Assembly: GCA_964016885.1 (NCBI GenBank)
Contig: CAXHJY010000649.1
Span: forward strand, 1 to 58,708
DNA length: 58,708 nt
Direction: 5' to 3'
Source of the DNA: Eledone cirrhosa
Lineage: Eukaryota
Shown: piece after piece, positions 37,042 through 48,645 of the stretch
How the letters are laid out: each line of letters starts with the position of its first letter
Position numbering within the stretch: the first letter of the stretch is position 1
Translations under genes and position numbers: made by a program
The notes under the pieces: model-generated
The model's database searches: none
What the model saw: the letters and a program-made list of their open reading frames with translations, nothing else
What the model was told of the DNA's origin: nothing

Positions 37042-38710
37042 CGGAAGTTGGAGCTGCTGCAGAGCATCCCTTTGGAACCAGGACTGCAGAAAGGGGCGTT
37101 GGCTTATGCCGACGACGTGACAATAATGGTGTCGGAAACCTCGGAAGTCGGGGTGATCGGCAACTTACTACAGGACTACAAAAGGCTCACAGGAGCAAAA
37201 CTGAACCCGGACAAGTCTGTCAGTTTGCAACTCGGAATGTGGAGAGGCAAACCGATGCTGGTCAACAGCGTCATCGGATGCTGGACGGACGGACCGGTGA
37301 AATTGCTCTGTGTCTGGTTCGGTCCGGACCTCCAGGTGGAGAAAAACTGGAGCGAGGTCACGGCCAAGGTATTTGCGCTCACCCAGAAGTGGGCAGAGTG
37401 CAAACTATCCTTGAAAGGTCGAGTGGAGGAGGCGAACACTCTCATAGCGTCTGTCATCTACTACCGCTTGACTGTCATGCCTTGTCCCTGTGAACACCTC
37501 ACCAAGATGGAACGCATGCTCTTCCAGTTCCTTTGGAAGAAGCAGGCTCCACTGGTAAGGAGTTCCGTCTGCTGTCAGCACCCTTCCAATGGAGGGCTGG
37601 GAATGCCGTGGCTGATGATGTGCAAGCATGCGCTGAGGCTACGGCATATACAAGTATTCCTCACCGACCCCCAACCGGTGTGGGCACCGTTTGTGAGACA
37701 GGTCTTCCCGCAATTTGTCTCGCTAAGGAGCTGCAGTCCTGGGTCAAGCGGAGATCGAAGAAGATGGGTGCCTGGAACATTGAATGCACTCAGGCATTCA
37801 CAGTCCTCTGTCAAGCAGGCACGGCAATAAGTGGAGACTCCACTTCGACATTCCATAGAGGTTTAGTACGTTACAAGGGCGATGACGTGCTCAGAGAGAC
37901 TCTGGGCGTCGAAGACGACGAACTCACTAGTCTGTTTAGTAGCACTTTCCGCCCGGGACCTATGGACAACTTGGCAGTGCTACCGAGGTCCCTGGTAGTG
38001 CTACCGAGGAGCTCTACCAGTTCATGACAAGATCTACAGGCACAGACGCCCTGGCAGGGATCCTTCCAAGAGGACGTGTCCAAGATGCGGGCAGGACATT
38101 GAAACTGTCTTGCACGCAATTGTACACTGCCTGGGCCTAACCGACCTGTGGAACTACGCAGAACAACTGCTGTCGCGTATGGGACAAATCCAGTTGACTG
38201 CCGAGTCCATAGTATGGATCAAACCGCCAACTTCTTTCAAAAACGAAAGAGAGGCGGTTTTCCTCTGTATAGTGGCTATGGTAAAAGAGGTGTTATGGTG
38301 GAAGATATTTAGAGGACTGAGGACAGATCCGTTTCTCTCCGGACAACTCATTCCCTTCTTTAGAAGAAGAATCAGAGTGGAGAGAAAGGTACTGCACCCC
38401 AGTAAATTTACAGAAAGGTGGGTGAATGTAGCAAAAATGGCCCGAGTGATTGGGCCTTCTCTGTATATAAACCTGTAGGGTGAAGAAGAGAGCAAAAGGA
38501 AGAAAGGAGCACTTGCACAACACGCTCCTGAAGTTGAGGGTTGTTCTATCTATGGGATATAAAACAACCCATTTGTGGCGCCTCCCCCTTATTGGGAATT
38601 TTGATTGTTAAATTTGTTTATTTCAATATTTATACACGATTTTATGTAAAATCCCCAACATGTGTCTTTGTTTTGTCCCCTTTTCTTGTGCGCCCTGGCT
38701 AATAAAGAAA
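37042..38710 (+). mobile_element. 5'-truncated L1/Tx1-like LINE with a 20-bp TSD
   Basis: RT AYADDVT, LSLKGRV, GGLG; zinc knuckle CPRCGQDIETVLHAIVHC at 38077-38130; AATAAA at 38701; TSD tctatctatttctctgtctg at 37022-37041 and 38711-38730; frameshifted. Confidence 0.9.
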
Positions 38711-39268
38711 TCTATCTATTTCTCTGTCTGTCCCACCCTCTATTTTGTCCAAAAAGGATGATTCTTTAGTTTCACATATCTACACATACATACACACACA
38801 CTCATGCATATACAACACACACACACAGACTACATCTCATCATATCTGACCATAATCAGAACCAAGTTCCACATCTATGTCTAAGCTTAACCAAGGGAAT
38901 GAAAGATTCTATTCCATACTCATGTCTACTGGGTTGTGTACTCTTGTCTATTTGATTAAGTACTCATCTCTATTGGCTGTGAGGATCAGGATCTAACCCT
39001 ACCTGTGGTTGAGTACTCCTATGTACTGGGTTACATATTAACTATATAGCCAAAATACAGGTCCGCATGAGCAAGATACCACCACCTCACCTGACTTGTT
39101 TCATAACATGACAATCTGTCTGAGCCATGCAAACGTAAAAGAATAGATGTTAAATGATGATATCATCATCATCATCATCATCAGCGTTTAACGTCCGTGT
39201 TCCACGCTTGCATGGGTTTGGACGGGGGTTTTCCCACTTGAGGCAAGAGTGGTTGTCTTGCTCGCATA

Positions 39269-39499
39269 GGACTGTCTGGCAGGTTTTCTACAGTTGGATG
39301 CCCTTCCTAACACCAACCACATTTACAGTGTGGGGCTGGGAGGTTTTTACCGTGTTGCCTACACGGCCACATTACAGCGTGGACTGTCTGGCAGGTTTTC
39401 TACAGTTGGATGCCCTTCCTAACACCAACCACATTTACAGTGTGGGGCTGGGAGGTTTTTACCGTGTTGCCTACACGGCCACATTACAGCGTGGACTGT
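39269..39499. repeat. 112-bp tandem duplication in the RTE-B 3' UTR
   Basis: Unit starts ggactgt at 39269 and 39381; single copy in the other B elements. Confidence 0.88.
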
Positions 39500-42400
39500 G
39501 TGTTTTTTTGTCGTGACACCTACACGATCTCATTTGTTTCGGCCTGGATGGTGTGGCACCAACATAACTTTACATAGAACGGGGCGGTGTGGATGGGGTG
39601 GGGGTGGTGGGACGGGGGTGTATTTTGTTAGAGATGCCTACTGACTGTAGTAGGTTTTACTATGTATTTAGGTAAGGCGGGTTTTCTCTATTACTGAGTA
39701 CCGCCAAAGGTCTCGGTCCAGTGACATTGTCTTGGAGAGGTGTAAGTGTGTGAGGTCGGAGTTTATCAGCTCGTCCCAGGTTTTTCTAGGTCTACCTATT
39801 CCGTGGCTACCGTCTATCTTTATTGCCCTGCACTTTGTTATACAGCTATCGACTTTCATGCGCATCACGTGTCCATACCAACGTAGCCTTCTCTCGAGTA
39901 AACAACATCTGATCCCTCTTATTTCTAATTTTTTCCTTAGTTCGTTTATGCTTTGCTGTTCACGTATATTACTATTACACATCCAGCGGAGCATGCAAGC
40001 TTCGTTCCTCTCTAGTCTGCGTATATCCTCTGCACACAATGCCCAGGTCTCACTGCCATGCAACATTGTTGTTCGTATGCAGGCATCATACAACCTGCCT
40101 TTCATTTTTAGGGAGAACCCTTTAGCGGCTAATAGTGGTATAAGCTCTCTGAACTTTTTCCACCCAGTTCTGACTCTAGCTACTGTACTTTCAGAGCACC
40201 CTCCCCCACTGCTGATTTTGTCACCCAGGTAACGGAAGCCGTCCACTATTTCTATAGAGCCCTCTGCGCAGTTGTAAGAGCTAGTATTTTGTGGGCACTT
40301 GCTGCTACTTATTGCACCAGAGCACCGGCCACATGTAAAATCTATGTTCTTAGTTAGCTTACCTGTGATCCCACTACATCTTTTATGCACCCATACTTTG
40401 CATTTGGGACATAAAATGGAGTTTCTACCTACGCCTTTCCTACACACTGAGCATGGCCATTTCCCAGAAGGGACCGCCGCCTTATTTTCTTTCCTACAAA
40501 CTAGAACTTTAGTCTTAGCCAGGTTAATTTTAAGGCCTTTTGATTCTAGGCCGTGCTTCCATGTTTGGAATTTCTTCTCTAGCTCGGCCATTGATTCAGC
40601 TATGAGTGTTAGGTCGTCTGCGTATAGGAGTTCCCATGGGCAGCCGGTCTTGAACTCCTGTTATAGCCTGAAGGGCAATAATAAATAGTAGGGGGCTGAG
40701 AACAGAGCCCTGATGGACGCCAACTTTTACGCTAAACTCTTCACTATATTCGTTGTTAATTCTAACCTTGCTGACTGTTTCTTTATACATGGCTTGTATA
40801 GCTCTCACAAGCCATTCGTCGACGCCTAGTTTTCTAAGGGCCCACCAGATAATGGAACGGGGGACTCTGTCGAAGGCTTTCTCCAAGTCGACAAAAGCTA
40901 AGTAGAGGGGTTTACCTTTATCTAGGTACTTCTCCTGTAGTTGTCGTACAATGAAAAGAGCGTCTGTGGTACTTTTGCCTGACACAAACCCGAACTGCAT
41001 TTCATCTAGGTCAATTATCTCTGATTAGTTGCGCTATTACTTTTTCCGTGACCTTCATGACCTGGTCGATTAATTTAATGCCTCTATAGTTACTCCTATC
41101 TAGGGCATCTCCTTTACCCTTATAACAGTTAATGATGATGCTGCTACGCCAGTCCTTCGGAACAACCCCATTCTGTACGACTTGGTTAACTATCCGGGTG
41201 ACCATGGTGTGTCCCACTGTGCCAGATGCCTTCAGCATCTCAGCAACTATTTCCGAAGGCCCAGCCGCCTTACCCGTCTTCATATCCTTGATTGCCTTAC
41301 TTATTATACTACCCTCGACTAACACTGCTGGTCCCTCTATTGGGTCGATGTGGGGGAGACTGTCTTTCTCCCATTTATTCTCCTCATTTAGTAGCCTTTC
41401 ATAGTGACACTTCCAAGCTACCTTCTTATCAGCGTCAGTGATGGCAAGTACGCCGTCATCATTAAGTACACACTTCTCCCCGACAATATCACGGTTTTCC
41501 TTGACACATTGCCTAGCAATCCTGAACACCTCACGTTTTTGGTCCTCGCGTTGTAGAACATGATTGAACTTTCTTTCCTCTGCTTCCCTTCTTGCGAAGT
41601 ACACTTGTCTCCTAGCTTCCTTCCTGGCCACTTGATAGTCTTCTCTACTTCCCCCATCCCACCATACTTTCCAAGCCTGCTTTTTGGCCTTAATTGACCC
41701 CTCCACCTTACTGTTCCACCACCATGTTACTCTCCTCCTGCCTACAGGCCTGCTCCAGCCACAGACTTCGTCTGCCGCCATCAGCAAGTTTGCTTTCAGG
41801 AATTCCTTTTGTCCCTCTATATTGTCCGACTCTAAATGCTCTTCCTTACTGTCGAAAGCATAAAGTAATATGCTTTGAAATTTATTTCTGGCTGTGGGGT
41901 CCTTTAGCTTCCATATTTTTCTCCTGAGGATAGTCCTCTTCTGCTGTCGAGTACGTCTCGTCCTGACTATGAGGTCGCTAATTATCAGTCTATGTTGGGA
42001 GGTGCATTCTTCATGGGGGAGGGATTTAGTGTTTACAACAGACACTCTGTCACGTCTTCTGGTAAGGATATAATCTACCTGGCTTGTGTGTTCCCCGGAT
42101 CTATAGGTGATCAGGTGATTGTCACGTTTTTTGAAGTTAGTGTTACAGATAGTTAGGTTATTTGCGTCACAGAATTCCAGGATTCTGGAGCCTTCCTCAT
42201 TTCTAGTACCAAACCCATAGCCTCCATGGATTTCGTCGTAGCCGTCACAAAGTTATAGTCACTGTCGGTTATTTGGGAGGTAGTGAGCATCAGTGTCTCA
42301 TAGAATCTGTCTTTTATAGTGCCGGGCAGTCTGGATTGGGGTGCGTACGCAGATATTACTGTCACCGTAGTTCTATTGAGGACAAGTCTTATTTTAATTA

Positions 42401-42906
42401 TTCTATCGTTCACTCTATTTACGTCTATTATCTTATCTGCCCACTTTTCTGCTACCATGATTCCTACTCCACCCAGCCCATCGTCATTTACCACCCAGAA
42501 AAGCTTATAGCATCGTTTTTTACCCTCAATGAATCTAGCAGACCCACCCCTCCACCTGGTCTCTTGAATACAACAAACATCGACCTCCTTACGTACAAGC
42601 ATTTCTACAACCTCGTTAGCGCGACCCTTTAAGGTGCCTACATTTATGGTACCAACTCTGAAGTTTTGGATTGCGTTTGGAGGGTGGGGGCGGTGGGGAG
42701 CGGGGGGAGATGGGGTTATGTTAGCCATCCGCGGTCGAAACAAAGAGGAGTGCTCGCATTCTCGTCCACGAGGTGAATTTGTCTTTATCTTTGGCATTGT
42801 CGCTGAGCGTCCAGATTTTTCTCTCTCTTCCACTCTCCAGGATTCCGTCCGTAGTCTATCCATCCATCATATATTGAAAGGCAACCAGGCAAGCGATAGT
42901 ATAGGC

Positions 42907-43050
42907 CTCTGGCTTATGATTGGTCCACGTAATAATAATGGTGGTGCGTGGGGGCTCTGGCTTATGATTGGTCCACGTAATAATAATGGTGGTGCGTGGG
43001 GGCTCTGGCTTATGATTGGTCCACGTAATAACAATGGTGGTGCGTGGGGG
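42907..43050. repeat. Three 48-bp tandem repeats in the RTE-B 5' UTR
   Basis: ctctggcttatgattggtccacgtaataataatggtggtgcgtgggg at 42907, 42955 and 43003. Confidence 0.93.
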
Positions 43051-43955
43051 CGGGAGGGAGGGGTGTTGGGTAGCTAGCTAGAAGGTAAGGATTGAATGAG
43101 GTCCTCGTATTTAACAAGCGATTAACAAAAATACAAGATTTGTTCTGTTCAATACGACAAAAACCCTCGTATTTAACAAGTAATAACAAAAAATACAGAT
43201 TTGTTTCAGGAATACGACAGCTACATTTAGGATTTGGCAAGATTGGAGGTTTGGACTGGATACGAAATGGAAGTGTGGAGATGGTAGAAAAATGTGTACA
43301 TTACGTTACATAATATACCGTGAAGGAGCAGCGATGAATTTGGCGAAAGTGATTTACTTGAAGGGTTTATCTTATATATATATATATAGCTAAGAGAGAG
43401 GGGGAGAGAGAGAGAGAGAGAGATGGGGGGGGGGGTTAGGTTTGGCCGCATGATGTAGGTATTGGGGTGGCTGACCGCGAAGCCCTCATGAAGTAGAGGG
43501 AGGGGGGGGCGAAGGATAGTAGGAGCGGGAGTTTAGAGTTTTCGAAGTAGCATAATATATTTAAAGGAATTTATAAGAAGAAGAAGGAGGAAAGGATTTT
43601 GTTTTGTTTTGAAAATACGATAGAATTAAGGCTTTATATATATATATATATATATGTATATCATCATTCATCATCATCATTTCTGTTTAGCATCAATTCT
43701 TCCATGCTTGCATGGGTTAGACATGTAAATATATATATACATCATCATCATCATCATCGTTTAACGTCTATCTTCCACACTAGCATGGGTTATACATACA
43801 GACATATATATTTATTTAGGTTTGTTGGTTCACCACTGTATAGAACTGGTCATTCCATATAGTCAACCTCGATGTAATATTATGGAGAGCACTCAACGTA
43901 ATGCAACTCACTCGTCTTCATTTGTGTAGTTGGTGGTGTGAGTACGGAGTTAATT

Positions 43956-44104
43956 ATTATAAAATAACAAGAGGCTGGACTGGTGTAATTCCTTAAATTC
44001 CTTTGTTGTCACCGGATTCATACGGAACCCGGTCATTGAAATGATCATAGTATAATAAACCTTTTAAGGAATTACACCAGTCCAGCCACCTATTATTTTA
44101 TAAT
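43956..44104. repeat. Inverted repeat with ~42-bp arms enclosing a hammerhead 3' half
   Basis: Arms attataaaataa...gtaattccttaaa and tttaaggaattac...ttattttataat; inside are an accgg...ccggt hairpin, GAAA T GATC A TA (44038-44049) and AATAAA. Confidence 0.7.
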
Positions 44105-44120
44105 ATATATATATATATAT

Positions 44121-44497
44121 ATATATTAGTAAAACGGAAAAGAAAATGCTGACAAATTTTTGCCAGTGAAAAATAGCTTAATTAGCAATAAGTATAAATC
44201 AGTAATAAGTATTGGTTAGTATTCAGTTTTAGTTTTAAGTTTATACCGGTTGCGCATTTCTAATGCTTTTCAAAAATAATTTTGAGATAGAGCGCTCGTA
44301 AATAATTTTGGATTAGAGCAAACATCACGAGCGCTCTATCTCAAAATTATTTTTGAAAAGTATTAGAAATGCGCAACTGGAAAAAACTAAAACTGAATAC
44401 TAACCAATACTTATTACTAATTTATACTTATTCCTAATTAAACTATTTTTCACTGGGAAAAATTTGTCAGCATTTTCTTTTCCTTTTTACTAATATA
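44121..44497. repeat. Fold-back with ~175-bp arms and ~27-bp spacer
   Basis: 44121-44299 versus 44327-44497 reverse complementary with scattered mismatches. Confidence 0.88.
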
Positions 44498-44544
44498 TCA
44501 CAACACGTGTGTCACATCTCTATTTTTTTAAAATATATATATAT

Positions 44545-44794
44545 ATCACCTTGATCACCTTGACCGACCAGTCTGTCGTGCGCCAATCGTCGCCGCTGGT
44601 CACAGCACGTCATGCTGTTTTAGCCATAAGATAACGCCATCCCACTGGCTGGGTGGGCAGGCTAGTACTCATTTCTACAGCTGAGTAAACTGGAGCAATG
44701 TGAAATAAAGTGTCTTGCTCAAGAAATCAACACTTCGCCCGTTCCGAGAATTGAACTCATAACCTTTCGATTGCTAGCCCAATGCTTTAACCAC
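44545..44794 (-). mobile_element. tRNA-derived SINE, tail type 3, head clipped
   Basis: Reverse complement of 45159-45409. Confidence 0.88.
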
Positions 44795-44861
44795 ACACAG
44801 AAAGAAAATGGTGTAGGACAGAACAAAGGAGAGGCACAAAAAACAAAGAAAAGAATCCCCA

Positions 44862-44904
44862 GTCACTGATGAGGTCACAGAATGTGTGACGAAAGAACTT
44901 TGAC
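44862..44904 (+). ncRNA. Minimal type I hammerhead ribozyme motif
   Basis: gtca CTGATGA g gtcaca gaatg tgtgac GAAA GAAC TT tgac; 4-bp stem I, 6-bp stem II. Confidence 0.72.
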
Positions 44905-45098
44905 AATATATAAACAACTATCTGGTTGTCGAACCAACCAACCAACCAGAAATTTATAAATTTATTATAATAAATTGAAGTGAAAGCAACTGGTGCGTGT
45001 GTTTCTTATTGGCAACATGACCCTCCCAAAGTATAACAATATCAGTTTCAACACACGATTTCAGATAAAGAATCTTGCTAAACAAATTCAGAAACAAA

Positions 45099-45140
<42 letters not shown>

Positions 45141-45143
<3 letters not shown>

Positions 45144-45410
45144 AAGGCGCATGCCTTAGTGGTTAAAGCATTGGGCTAGCAATCGAAAGATTATGAGTTC
45201 AATTCTCGGTACGGGCGATGTGTTGTTTCCTTGAGCAAGACACTTTATTTCACATTGCTCCAGTTTACTCAGCTGTAGAAATGAGTACTAGCCTGCCCAC
45301 CCAGCCAGTGGGATGGCGTTATCTTATGGCTAAAACAGCACGACGTGCTGTTACCAGCGGCGCCGATTGGCGCACGACAGACTGGTCGGTCAAGGTGATC
45401 AAGGTGATCA
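45141..45410 (+). mobile_element. tRNA-derived SINE, tail type 3
   Basis: Head gtgaaggcgcatgccttagtggttaaag, B-box GTTCAATTC, core ccttgagcaagacacttt, ends (caaggtgat)2. Confidence 0.88.
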
Positions 45411-45559
45411 GAATGTGTGACAACTATCTGGTTGTGGAACCAATCAACCAACCAGAAATTTATAAATTCCTAAATTTATAAATTTATTATAATAAATTGA
45501 AGTGAAAGCAACTGGTGCGTGTGTTTCTTATTGGCAACATGACCCTCCCAAAGTATAAC

Positions 45560-45562
<3 letters not shown>
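45409..45562 (+). repeat. Direct repeat of 44878-45041 lacking the hammerhead 3' half
   Basis: cagaatgtgtga...caactatctggttgt...ccctcccaaagtataacaat occurs in both. Confidence 0.85.
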
Positions 45563-45613
<51 letters not shown>

Positions 45614-45627
45614 TATATATAATATAT

Positions 45628-45659
<32 letters not shown>

Positions 45660-45719
45660 ATATATGTAATATATATATATATATATATAATATATGTAAT
45701 ATATATATATATAATATAT

Positions 45720-45753
<34 letters not shown>

Positions 45754-45919
45754 ATATATATATAATATATATATATTATATATAATATATATAATATATA
45801 TAATATATATATATATATTATATATATATATAATATATATAATATATATAATATATATATAATATATATATATATAATATATATATAATATATATATATA
45901 TATTATATATATTATATAC

Positions 45920-46048
<129 letters not shown>

Positions 46049-46145
46049 ATATTATATATATATATATATATTATATATATATATATTATATATATATATA
46101 TATATTATATATATATATATATATATAATATATATATATATATAT

Positions 46146-46179
<34 letters not shown>

Positions 46180-46256
46180 ATATTATATATATATATATAT
46201 AATATTTATATATATATATATAATATATATATATATATATAATATTTATATATATA

Positions 46257-46306
<50 letters not shown>

Positions 46307-46357
46307 ATATTATATATATATATATATTATATATATTATATATATATATATATATAT

Positions 46358-46955
46358 CATCATCATCATCATCATCATCGTTTAACGTCCGTGTTCCACG
46401 CTTGCATGGGTTTGGACGGGGGTTTTCCCACTTGAGGCAAGAGTGATTGTCTTGCTCGCATAGGACTGTCTGGCAGGTTTTCTACAGTTGGATGCCCTTC
46501 CTAACACCAACCACATTTACAGTGTGGGTCTGGGAGGTTTTTACTGTGTTGCCTACACGGCCACATTACAGCGTGGACTGTGTGTTTTTTTGACGTGACA
46601 CCTACACGATCTCATTTGTTTCGGCCTGGATGGTGTGGCACCAACACAACTTTACATAGAGGGGGCGGTGTGGATGGGGTGGGGGTGGTGGGACGGGGGT
46701 GTATTTTGTTAGAGATGCCTACTGACTGTAGTAGGTTTTACTTTGTATTTAGGTAAGGCGGGTCTTCTCTATTACTGAGTACCGCCAAAGGTCTCGGTCC
46801 AGTGACATTGTCTTGGTGAGGTGTAACTGTGAGGTCGGAGTTTATCAGCTCATCCCAGGTTTTTCTGGGTCTGCCTATTCCGTGGCTACCGTCTATCTTT
46901 ATTGCCCGGCACTTTGTTATACAGCTATCGTCCTTCATGCGCATCACGTGACCAT
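46358..46955 (-). mobile_element. RTE subfamily B 3' fragment
   Basis: Nearly identical to 39160-39877 without the 112-bp duplication. Confidence 0.92.
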
Positions 46956-47004
46956 GACCATATATATATAATATATATATATATAATATATATATATATA
47001 TATA

Positions 47005-47069
<65 letters not shown>

Positions 47070-47105
47070 TAATATATATATATATATATATTATATATAT
47101 TATAC

Positions 47106-47136
<31 letters not shown>

Positions 47137-47173
47137 TATATATATATATTATATATATAATATATATATATAT

Positions 47174-47205
<32 letters not shown>

Positions 47206-47281
47206 ATATATTAATATATATATATATATATATTATATTTATATATATATTATATATATTATAATATATATATATATATAT

Positions 47282-47313
<32 letters not shown>

Positions 47314-47405
47314 ATTATATATATATATATTATATATATATTATATATATATATATTATATTATATATATAATATATATATATATATAAATATATATAAT
47401 ATATA

Positions 47406-47458
<53 letters not shown>

Positions 47459-47517
47459 ATATTATATATATATATATATTATATATATTATATATATATA
47501 TATATTATATATATATA

Positions 47518-47567
<50 letters not shown>

Positions 47568-47626
47568 ATATATATATATATATTATATATATATATTATA
47601 TTATATATATATATAATATATATATA

Positions 47627-47692
<66 letters not shown>

Positions 47693-47788
47693 ATATTATA
47701 ATATATATATTAAATATATATATAATATATTATATATATTATATATATATATATATTATTTATATATATATTATATATATATATATAT

Positions 47789-47819
<31 letters not shown>

Positions 47820-47900
47820 ATAATATATATATAATATATATATATATATTATATATATATATATAATATATATATAATATATATATAATATATAATATAT

Positions 47901-47966
<66 letters not shown>

Positions 47967-47978
47967 TATATATATAAT

Positions 47979-48079
<101 letters not shown>

Positions 48080-48090
48080 TATATATATAA

Positions 48091-48311
48091 GTGAAGGCGT
48101 GTGGCTGAGTGTTTAAGGAATTGGAATTCGCAATCGTAAGGTTGTGAGTTCGATTCCTGGACCAGGTGATGCGTTATGTCCTTGAGCAAGACACTTTATT
48201 TCACGTTGCTCCTTCTACCTGGAGTTGCGACCGATAGAATAGTATTAGCAAGTGGAAAGACCAACGGAAACATTGTTCCCTCGGTCCGATTTGACGAAAG
48301 TCGATCGTTCC
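48091..48311 (+). mobile_element. tRNA-derived SINE, tail type 1
   Basis: Reverse complement of 11172-11390 and 58190-58410. Confidence 0.88.
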
Positions 48312-48317
48312 TTTTTT

Positions 48318-48348
<31 letters not shown>

Positions 48349-48356
48349 ATATATAT

Positions 48357-48438
<82 letters not shown>

Positions 48439-48442
48439 ATAT

Positions 48443-48474
<32 letters not shown>

Positions 48475-48493
48475 ATAAATATTATATATATAT

Positions 48494-48526
<33 letters not shown>

Positions 48527-48534
48527 ATATATAT

Positions 48535-48605
<71 letters not shown>

Positions 48606-48645
48606 TTACAATAATCAAAGTTCAGTTTAAGTCATTTATCTGCTT

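Larger units (their letters stand above)
39160..43160 (-). mobile_element. Near full-length RTE subfamily B, pseudogenised
   Basis: ORF pieces 42863-42153 (APE), 42045-41011, 41000-40596 (RT) and 40591-39668 (C4HC3 finger, C-terminus); (CAT)n tail at left; 5' boundary uncertain, possibly ~43635. Confidence 0.94.

Noticed and set aside
44366-44380. Hammerhead 3' half in the 44121-44497 fold-back (GAAATGCGCAAC)
   Set aside because: A palindrome follows GAAA but the conserved U before the cleavage base is missing in both arms and no CUGAnGA is visible; kept only as an inverted repeat.
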